A stretch of 64,000 nt of DNA from an uncultured Planctomycetia bacterium (lineage in GTDB: Bacteria; Omnitrophota; Gorgyraeia; Tantalellales; Tantalellaceae), in NCBI GenBank assembly GCA_964572255.1, contig CAZNEE010000002.1, positions 210,942-274,941 on the forward strand. Direction: 5' to 3'. Made by a program: the position numbers and the translations under genes. The first letter of the stretch is position 1; each line of letters starts with the position of its first letter. Shown piece by piece: positions 42,701 through 50,800 of this stretch. The notes beneath the pieces are model-generated. The model did no database searches. It was not told the origin of the DNA and saw nothing but the letters and a program-made list of their open reading frames with translations.

Positions 42701-45700
42701 TGGTTATAAACTAACTTTGCTTTTGCGGCTCTTTTTTCTATGGAAGTGGGCCTGGTGCCGAGGGAATCAAGGATTGATAAAGGATCCTCCCCGCTAAGCG
42801 GCGGACTTAAGTCGGTTGCTCTATATATTATCACTCCTTTATCCGTAACGCTTCTTTCAGCGAACCCAAGGTAAACCAATGTTCCCAGATCGCGTTTCAC
42901 CACATCAAGTGAAAGATGCCCATCGGCCGCTCTTCCCTTTGTCTTCTTCCTGATCGAATCTGCGGACACCCGCCTGTCCTTGAAATTTTTCTGCATGATG
43001 TTGTAGATCCCAAGCGGCGACCCGTCGGGTTTAGCCGGGTCTTTTTCGCCATCAGAAGATGACGCATCGTCGCTTTCTTTTGCCAAAGCGCCGAGTATTT
43101 TATCCTTCTCCGGATAATTTGCCGCATCAAGCAGGATCAAAGCAAGTTTTTGATCCTTATGTCCGAATACCGCGCTGATAATGGCTTTCTTGACTTCATG
43201 CCATTCGCCGGCACTGGCATGTTCTATGACAGCCGCGCTTAAAGAGCCTTCCGGGAAGATATGCCACTTGATCTGGTCGGCCATTTCATTGACGATGTCC
43301 TGAAATTCCTTGTATGCCGCGGGGTTATTTCTGAAATATTCCTTGAGCTGTCTCATCAGCTGATGGACTTTTCCCAATGAAGATCCGTTAGAGGTATATT
43401 GAAGCCCCGCGCCTGTCTCAGGGAACAGATTGGGAATGTCTTCCCTGCTGATCCTGAACCTATTTATCAAAAATTTCATGATCCTGCTCTTATTGTCCAG
43501 GTATATCTTCTTCAATCCTTCATCCATTACGCCGTATTCTTCAAGCAGGCCTGCTACACCCGTTACCAAGAGAAAGTTCCTCTCAATATCAAGCTCAAAA
43601 AGGTTTACTTCCCGCTCCATGAGAAAACTTTTATCATCCGAATACGAAACTATCAGTGAAGCGAACACGCTGTGAAAAAAACTTGTCTGCGCGCCTTTCC
43701 TTGGACCGTCCAGGATCTTTCCGGTCCAGGCATCTACGCCCGGCCTTCTGGCTACCCCCGGAAAAAGCGCCGCCTTTGAATCGACATTTTTATAGTCCGC
43801 CACGGACGGAACGATACGCAATTTATGCGGAAGAAAACAGAAAAAAAGACAAACCGATAAAAATGAGGCTTCCTTCAGGTAATCGCCGTCAAAATTCAAT
43901 GTATAATCGTACTGGTGTTTTATTATCCCCATCCGGAACAATTTATTCACCATCAGTGAGAATATGGGATAAACGGTCGGGGGCACCTTGAGGAAGTAAT
44001 CCCTTCTTCCCTTAAACCCGGATTTATCCATCGCATGCTCTGTTTTTACATTGGAGAAATAATTGGTCAGGATCACCCCCTCTATCGCATCTTCAAAAAT
44101 GATCCCTGCCCTGCCCACCTTGACCTGCATGTCCATCCCCATGGCGGGATACTGCCTTGAGATGCTTTCGACCGCTCTTAAGGCCGGGATGACTTCATTC
44201 CGGATCTGCTCCATGAATTCACCGGTAGCCGTATGATTTATCACTTCGTCAAAAATAAGCAGTTTAATATAAGCTTGCGTTCCCGAGGCCAGGCCTTCCA
44301 GGTCCAGATCTTCAAAGATCTCATTTGTCCTGATGAACTCTTCGGCATATTCTTCGTATATTTTTCCGATTATTAAAACAGCGTCTTTGCGTTCATCGGA
44401 ATTCATCAGTTCCGAAAGTATGTCGCGAAGCACCCTGTACACGTTTAAAGGATAGACATTTCTCTTGTTTAAAAGGCTTATTGCCAGGCTCAAGACTGAC
44501 TGCTGTTTGATCTTGCCTTCAAATTCCGAAAGGATCTCGGCCAGGTTGTCGATATCCCTTCTCGTGCCGTACGAATCGATCAATCCGTGGGTCGCGGCGG
44601 TTTTATCCGGCGGACTTACGATCCTGTCGATCAACCCTTTTTTGATGCGAATAAACCCTTCCAGAACATCTTCTATCGCCAATAGCCGGTCGTGCCTGTT
44701 TGATTGCCTTTGTATTATTTCCCTGAAAAACCTTTTATCGTTAATATCGACAAGTTCCGCCTCTTTGGTCTTGGTCGGAAATTGACGGAATATTTTCCGT
44801 AATGTCTGAAAAGCGTATGACGGATAGATGCCCGCTCCCGCCAGCGCTATTCCCGTCGCGAACACCATCTCGCGCACTTCGGGATCGGAAACATCTTCCA
44901 GCAGGTCATAAAGCGTTTCAAACGCCCAAGACAGATCCATATCTTTTTCGACTAATGCCTTGGCGAATTCGTAGACATAATAACGCGGATAAAGCGAACC
45001 GATCACCCTGGATGTTTTTTTCGACTGAAAAGATCTTTTGGCCAGCGCCAGCAATTCATCTTCTTTCTTCTCTTCGGTTTTCACCCTGTAAGGGCCCAAA
45101 CGATCCTCATCAAGCCATTCGACCTTTACCCTGAATCCGGCCAAAGGATTGTCTGTCTTTTTTAACGAAACGGTATTGGCTCTTTCCGATATGAATTCAA
45201 ATCCATTTGCCGCGAAAAGCCGGCCGAACCCCGTATCCTCGAATTTGACGCCTTCCGCAAGGCTTTTTACCGTCAGATCATGCCTTACCCTGAACGTGAC
45301 CGTGGCGCCGTACGGGATATAACTTGATATGAATTCATTTATCGCCAGGGCCACCGTATCACCTTCAAAATTTTTTCCCAAACATTTCAGGTAAATCCTG
45401 ATATATTCTTCGTCATCTTCGAGCTGAAGCTTTTCAGCTTCCCTTAAGATCAATTCCACCTGTTTTCCATGCACACTATCGTTCTCCACAAGGCGATTAT
45501 AATATCCGTATAATGCGTCGTAAAAAGGCAGCATTCTGCTTATGAACCCGCCTTTTCGGTATTTTTCAAAATCCCCTATTAACTCGGGATAATTCAAAGT
45601 GCCGCCCCAGCCCAATATGAATAAATTATCCTCGGCGATCTGCATTTCCAGGAAACCCGCCAGGATACTCCTGCCGCTGAAGGTATCCTCGAAATAGACC

Positions 45701-47838
45701 TTTAAATCGAGATGTTTGCGGTTTACATGATCTTTTTCGGCGGCGCGTTCAACCTCGAGCCGGTATTGTCCCATGGGGAATTTACTGCTCTTAAAATAGA
45801 ACGGACCTTTGGCTTCGAGCAATTTTCCTTCATCAAGAATATTTCCCTGGCCTGAGTCGCCGGGGTCATGATCATTTTTATCCTTACCCCGTCCCTTTAT
45901 AAGAGGTGCCGCGACAATCATCATTAAAATAGGTATTAGAACTGTCGCGATTAACGAAAACTTAAATATTCCGAATAACATAAATATCCCGCCGGATACA
46001 CCCGCAACGCCAAAAAGAAAAGTAATCATGGCGGAACCTTTTTCTGATCCTCCCGGCTTATTATTATCTTCCTGTTTTGCCTTATTTCTTCTTTCTTTCT
46101 CACGCTCTATTTCTTCCTGCCGGATCTTCCTGAAAGCCTCTTCAAGGCCCATTGCCTCTTTTTTCTTGGCAGCCGCCCGCTTCTGTTCTTTTTTCTCTTT
46201 TTTCCTCAGTCCTCTTTCGATCCTTTTCTTTCTGGCCTCATAAAATGCGCTGATGATCTCGCCGGGCTCCTTACCCAAATCCTTCTTCTCCCAATTAAGC
46301 ACATCCTCCAGAGCGCTTAAACTATATGCTTTGGATATGCCCGTGACAATACTGGCCGCATGCCTCCATTTGGCAGCCATGTCATGCGCCTTTGCCGTAA
46401 GTCCTCCCCGCTCTATGTATTTTGCCAGGACCTCAGAATTTATGATCTTCAGCTTTTCGAAGGCCCTTTCAAATTCTCTTTTGCTTACATAACATAAAAG
46501 AAGTTTTATAAAGCCGGGTAAAATGTGCCGCGCATGGTCCTTGCTCTCCTCAAAATAAAGCTTTATCAAAGTTACGGCATTATCGAACATCCTATCCGCC
46601 CTATCAAAATAACTTTGCTGGACAAAAATATAAGCAAGGCGTGTGTTAACTCTTACAACATGCCCTATGGCCGCATCCCTTACCTCTTTGATGTCTCCAT
46701 ATCTGATCAACAGTTCAAACGCCGCCTTTGCCGTGTTCTCTGCCTTGTCCAGATACACCTTGTCCTTCTCTTTCAGCCATTTATTACGGAAAGGGTACGC
46801 CAGTCGATCATATGTTTTTATCAAATGCTGGATATCTTCGACGGTTTCGTCCGGTTCAGCGGGATCCCCAGGCTTGATATCCCTGTATCTGGTCAATATC
46901 TCAAATGAGTTGTTTGCCGCGGATTCCGCCTTGATCAAATATGTATCATCCTCTCCGGCTACCCATTTATTGAGGAAAGTATGCGCCAGGGCATTGTAGT
47001 TTCCTATGATATACTGAATATTTTTGGCGGAAACTTTCGATCTGTCAAAACTTTCCATAAGCATGTCTGACGTTCTTGCAACACGTAGAGCTTCAGCGAT
47101 ATTCCCTATATTAAGGAAAACGTTCGCTAATTCGTTATGGAGAGATACTGCCCGATCAATATGCCGCCCGATCACTTCCGGTGTTCTATCCCGAAAATCC
47201 TCTAATATCCCGACCAGGATATCGCTTGACTGTTTTGCTTTATAAAATTTGCCTTTGGAAAGATGCTCCTCCATCTGTGTCAGTAGCTCGACGATGTCTT
47301 CCTCTATTTCTTTACTATCATACTTATTGATGGTTCTATCTGTTGCGTTTTTCTCTTCAAAAATTTCCTGCGCGTTATCTTCTTCTCTTTCAGCTTCTCT
47401 TCTTATCGACACGGCATTTTCATCGTCAGGATCTATCAGCGCTTCGTACTGCCATGAATATTTTTGATCATTCCCGATATCATACTCAATGGTGCAGGGA
47501 ACTCTTAATTTTCCCTGATCTTCACCCTTTTCATCAAAACGCAGGTGAAGCATTACATCTTTGCCGTTATGGGTGAAAACCGGGAACAGATGATCTCTGG
47601 CATCCCTAATATTAAAACTGTTCTTTTTGAGGGATTTCATAAGGCCCCTTAAATGGAATTCAATGAGAGCTTTGTGTCCGATCGCAGGATAAACTAAGGG
47701 ATTGGATACGCTCTGGACCTGAAGAGAATATTTCCTCCCGGAAGCAAGATCAGGATCCGCCCAGAGGATATTCTGGCAAGAGAACGTGATCACAAGCAGG
47801 ATCGCTATGATTTTTACGAATATTTTTCTTCTTCCCAT
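39724..47838 (-). CDS. Giant multidomain protein (2704 aa): signal peptide, TPR-like helices, TM hairpin, winged-helix-like, DapA/NanA-family aldolase, HisKA/HATPase, cysteine-hydrolase-like, conserved C-terminal domain
   Basis: Uninterrupted 8.1-kb ORF. MGRRKIFVKIIAILLVITFSCQNILWA signal; GSTGE/LYNNP/KDSSGD; LHDVKNCL, NIMMNA, DNSEGI, FDPYVTTKPNGTGLGL. Confidence 0.9.
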   Translation of the reverse strand: MGRRKIFVKIIAILLVITFSCQNILWADPDLASGRKYSLQVQSVSNPLVYPAIGHKALIEFHLRGLMKSLKKNSFNIRDARDHLFPVFTHNGKDVMLHLRFDEKGEDQGKLRVPCTIEYDIGNDQKYSWQYEALIDPDDENAVSIRREAEREEDNAQEIFEEKNATDRTINKYDSKEIEEDIVELLTQMEEHLSKGKFYKAKQSSDILVGILEDFRDRTPEVIGRHIDRAVSLHNELANVFLNIGNIAEALRVARTSDMLMESFDRSKVSAKNIQYIIGNYNALAHTFLNKWVAGEDDTYLIKAESAANNSFEILTRYRDIKPGDPAEPDETVEDIQHLIKTYDRLAYPFRNKWLKEKDKVYLDKAENTAKAAFELLIRYGDIKEVRDAAIGHVVRVNTRLAYIFVQQSYFDRADRMFDNAVTLIKLYFEESKDHARHILPGFIKLLLCYVSKREFERAFEKLKIINSEVLAKYIERGGLTAKAHDMAAKWRHAASIVTGISKAYSLSALEDVLNWEKKDLGKEPGEIISAFYEARKKRIERGLRKKEKKEQKRAAAKKKEAMGLEEAFRKIRQEEIEREKERRNKAKQEDNNKPGGSEKGSAMITFLFGVAGVSGGIFMLFGIFKFSLIATVLIPILMMIVAAPLIKGRGKDKNDHDPGDSGQGNILDEGKLLEAKGPFYFKSSKFPMGQYRLEVERAAEKDHVNRKHLDLKVYFEDTFSGRSILAGFLEMQIAEDNLFILGWGGTLNYPELIGDFEKYRKGGFISRMLPFYDALYGYYNRLVENDSVHGKQVELILREAEKLQLEDDEEYIRIYLKCLGKNFEGDTVALAINEFISSYIPYGATVTFRVRHDLTVKSLAEGVKFEDTGFGRLFAANGFEFISERANTVSLKKTDNPLAGFRVKVEWLDEDRLGPYRVKTEEKKEDELLALAKRSFQSKKTSRVIGSLYPRYYVYEFAKALVEKDMDLSWAFETLYDLLEDVSDPEVREMVFATGIALAGAGIYPSYAFQTLRKIFRQFPTKTKEAELVDINDKRFFREIIQRQSNRHDRLLAIEDVLEGFIRIKKGLIDRIVSPPDKTAATHGLIDSYGTRRDIDNLAEILSEFEGKIKQQSVLSLAISLLNKRNVYPLNVYRVLRDILSELMNSDERKDAVLIIGKIYEEYAEEFIRTNEIFEDLDLEGLASGTQAYIKLLIFDEVINHTATGEFMEQIRNEVIPALRAVESISRQYPAMGMDMQVKVGRAGIIFEDAIEGVILTNYFSNVKTEHAMDKSGFKGRRDYFLKVPPTVYPIFSLMVNKLFRMGIIKHQYDYTLNFDGDYLKEASFLSVCLFFCFLPHKLRIVPSVADYKNVDSKAALFPGVARRPGVDAWTGKILDGPRKGAQTSFFHSVFASLIVSYSDDKSFLMEREVNLFELDIERNFLLVTGVAGLLEEYGVMDEGLKKIYLDNKSRIMKFLINRFRISREDIPNLFPETGAGLQYTSNGSSLGKVHQLMRQLKEYFRNNPAAYKEFQDIVNEMADQIKWHIFPEGSLSAAVIEHASAGEWHEVKKAIISAVFGHKDQKLALILLDAANYPEKDKILGALAKESDDASSSDGEKDPAKPDGSPLGIYNIMQKNFKDRRVSADSIRKKTKGRAADGHLSLDVVKRDLGTLVYLGFAERSVTDKGVIIYRATDLSPPLSGEDPLSILDSLGTRPTSIEKRAAKAKLVYNQNIVPVVTPFMEKDGTIEIDRTGIRQLINYLISNRVKSILVMGSTGEFTDLSNKKRLEAIEIFAEESRGRLVIFANVTGDTERETLQNIKEIEEFPHINAIVLAPLYYLKSNGEISEHMKKVKSSLPLVLYNNPAIHKVKGRNIQPKIVQELKNRIIAVKDSSGDLNLLESYAKVIRTFQGDESQIAGALKAGAEGAVSSIGNILILPQLIFSPVVGEYDTGRLQSEINKLGPGFTANREKIPAGLKYYLQLIKVLSDEMVLDKERELTPGDRTGIAVLKNLSGVLHDVKNCLNALAYPENTFEKHGFSDASFEEIMSFSDEVVEFTEESYKEKDYRVLTAKAMKIAKKAQSVFGHEHLEDTLNDLFDRLPDREKTKKEKDFFVTNVVNSLTLAKNILAELLPLSRREKREVSLDSVIRSTLHFSGCKDYVLQTEFGKKDVLINTDEAALSRALLNIMMNAYHVLMALPEEKRFFIVKTYVTGGGKFVEISLWDNSEGIPSDVIGRIFDPYVTTKPNGTGLGLAIAKENIEKRCGGTIDVESKPGKWTNFIIRLPITGLGDGPRRDTPQAQTSPVKIGNDQVLWMNVHGFTDEKKKEKEKSVKGKLTRQNILREIIDISQSINPDDLHGYAEKILRSKLDGIKRVIISGYYFYTISDYGGCIEKAIRGLCDASKDGDFEIILPLDLIDNFIRTGREVSDQDLLGVLDFTQLRGINCRIYKDDKLLEEWQRNRESRKQQAIVRFYTTSEKMCKSLTELGDGPRRDTPQVQSPPIKEKNVEEENVGILRDLRVPEELGWNLGEAVRSMLLSGKKVVLAFDEKIGGWQSAKLMEIFDELKKDKKFKTFLENLIIEEGRTKELPKKLEGYIKEKNSEIFVFSLADGRGDLERMESNENVYATYINESSSGEYSFSNVYYPLAEIVTLALLNYYYLKRNNHVLKMMPKAMLEDLNIKAENSDEARVLIFSLLDPPEKYDKQELIQRYANLKKFVESA
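40401..40440. repeat. In-frame palindromic direct repeat, copy 1 (encodes LGDGPRRDTPQ)
   Basis: CTTGTGGGGTGTCCCTTCGAGGACCGTCCCC identical over 31 bp to 40995-41025; 38/40 identical when extended. Confidence 0.9.
40995..41034. repeat. In-frame palindromic direct repeat, copy 2
   Basis: Same 31-bp sequence, 594 bp (198 codons) from copy 1. Confidence 0.9.
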
Positions 47839-47842
47839 AGTC

Positions 47843-50800
47843 TTACGCGTTGGTCTTTAAGTACTCCGCTATCGCCATGTATTCTACCGTCCCGGCTGTG
47901 ATCTGCTCGGCATCCGGAATACCTAATTTAATAGTTATAATGCCTCCCGTTTTGCACCTGTTCGCAGTTTCATCCCAGCATAAAGCAAGCAGTTCATCCG
48001 CACTTAGCCGGCTCATGTCTATATTAGGAATCGATCGATAAAACTCCGCTAACTCTTCCTTATCGAATTCCAATAGCCTGTACCGCGCCAGTGAGAATAG
48101 AACGATCTCTAACAATGGATAATAAGAATCCATTCCCAGATCTTTATCATTAATTTTTGTTATGACAGAATCCGTATACGGCTTTAGACACTCGAATTCT
48201 TCATCAAGCGCTATAACTATCAGATCTTCATTCTTTACATGTTTTTGGTCTTTCATGTAATCGAGTGTCATTTCGGTGATATCGCCGGTATGGATCACGA
48301 TATTCTCCAGCCATTCCTTTAAGAGCGGGTCTTCGCTGCGCATAAGGTCGCTTAAAGCTTTCCTCACCTCATCCGCTCTTCCGTTGCCCAATCTTTTATC
48401 AATTAAAATACCGACTCTTTCCTTCTTCTGGTAAACCGCACTTTTTACCTTGGCCGCTAAGTCCTCTCCTTCCGCAATAGATCCCGGAGATATCCTTGAA
48501 CTGGCTATGAACATGCTGTTCGTAAGCCGGGGAACGGCTTTTCTTATGCTGTCCATGATCAGGTCTTTATCTGATCTTTCAATATCCGTAACTTCTTCTT
48601 CGATCAGTTCTTCAAAAGTTCCGTCAGGATGACTTATGAATATCCTGTCCCTGCCGTTCACCTTAGCTCTGTACAGGGCCTTATCGGCTCTTGTTACAAT
48701 GGGATCGATCGCTTCCTGTTCCATCTTGTTAAGCAAACTACTGTTCGCATTTTTTTCTTCCTCCGTTTCAAATGAACTTTCTTTTTCTTCTTTCTCCCTG
48801 ATCCCTCTTATAAAACTTTCCTTCTCCTTGTCCGTAAGCTGGGCTATACCCATACTCCATGAAATATCAATATCCCTGACTATTTCCTTTCCTTCTTCAT
48901 CAACAGTTGTTCCCTGGATCTCAATACTGCGTACGGTATTCAATATTTTTTCCGCCGCTTTTTTGACTTTGTCCAATTCATCAAATATTATTATCAGAAA
49001 TTCCTCTCCGCCGTATCTTATGAAGAAATCGGTCCCTCTTTTAAGCTCATCATCAACTACTGACGCGATCGCCTGGAGCACCTCATCCCCCTTGGGATGT
49101 CCGTATGTATCGTTCACGCCTTTAAAATGATCGATATCGCACATGATAGCGCACATCGGGGTGGGGTTCTGCGATCCCTTCTCTTCATCTCTTCGCTCGA
49201 AAGCGCGTATATAGCCCGGGATCTCATTAATAAGGTATCTTCTGTTATGCAGATCGGTCAATTCGTCTCTGAGAGTTTCTTCTTCTAATCTGCGGCTCTT
49301 TTCCTCAAGCTTTTTCTGCAGCTGTTTTAGCTCGGTAATATCAGTGAAAACTCCCAGCACGCCGTTTCCCAGACGCTCTTTACTTACCTGTACATGAATG
49401 GTTTCTCCCTCTCTTACGTTTGTCTCTTCCACGGATATGGCTGTATTATTCTGATAAACTCTCAAGTCATCGGCTTCATATTTTTCAGCATCATAAGATT
49501 TCCCTAGTTCAAATTTGTCTCTGATCTCGATATCGGTTAACCCCTCGACCTTTTGAGTTTCCGGATCCAGCCCCAACATGCTGTAAAACCTGGAATTCGC
49601 ATATTTCACGCGCATTTTTCTGCCGTCAAATTCTTTATAGAACACAGCCGCGGGTAAATTTTCCAGCATTGCGCCTATATACTCTTCTCCCTTTTTTATC
49701 TCCTCCATCGCCTGGATCAATTTTGTTATATCTCTAAATGATGTCAGGACTATAGTTTTGCCGTCCTTTATTATCGTGTCATCGGTTTTTGCATAGATGA
49801 TGGTGCCGTCTTTCTTTACATATCTTCTGCCTTCTTCCCTTTGCGGAACATCTTCCCCCCTTAGACGCGCTTCAAAACGTCTTCTCGCGTCTTCAACCTC
49901 ATCGGTATGCATAAAATCAAAGATCTCTTTGCCGATAATCTCATCCTCATCATATCCCATCAATTCACACCAATATCTGTTAACCTGCTTGATTATGCCT
50001 TTTTTTCTGCCGTCTTCTTCTGTAACCTCTAACACGTGGAACCCGATCGGGGAATTATCATAGAACTCTTTATATTGTTTTTCGGAAGCCATAAGCTCTC
50101 TATTTACTTCATCGAGATCTCTTGCTGCGGATCTTAATTTGTTCAGGACCCTCTGGCCGAGAACGCCTGCTATTACAAAAACAATTAAACACGCCGCCCG
50201 CAACGCAAGATTGTATATATCCGTTAAAGGAAGTAATCCCTCAAGGATATCTCCCTTATAAAAGAGATATGCGTCCCCGATAGACCTAACAGCCCAGTAC
50301 AATGCTCCAAAAATAATAGCGGCATATTTAATGCTTGATACTTTAGGCACCGCCCCTATCTCCGTAAACTGCCTTTTGTCGGAAACAAAACGCCCCTTAA
50401 CCTCTATGCCTTTTATAAGCCTCGTGAACGCTTCGTTGCCTTCTTCGGATTTTCTGTCCTGCAAACCATGTGTAAGTTTTTGGCCGCCAAAACCAAGAAC
50501 TATCTCGTTGTACTCAATAAGATTGAATTCAGATTTGTTAAGTCTTTCCGGAGGAAGATTCTTTTTAAGATAGGATATGAACTCGGCCGCTGTATAGTGT
50601 TTCCCCAGTTTCTTTTTTGCCTCATGGGCCAACAGCCTTACGCTGCTGCCGGCACCTCTTAAGAATTGATGAGGGTGAATGTCGAATTTTACCAGATCAC
50701 CATATTCATCTATCATATCGAAAGATTCCGGCACATGATATTTTTTAAGATAATCGATAATATCGTCGGCTTCACTATCCGGATCCAGATCGCCCTCTAT

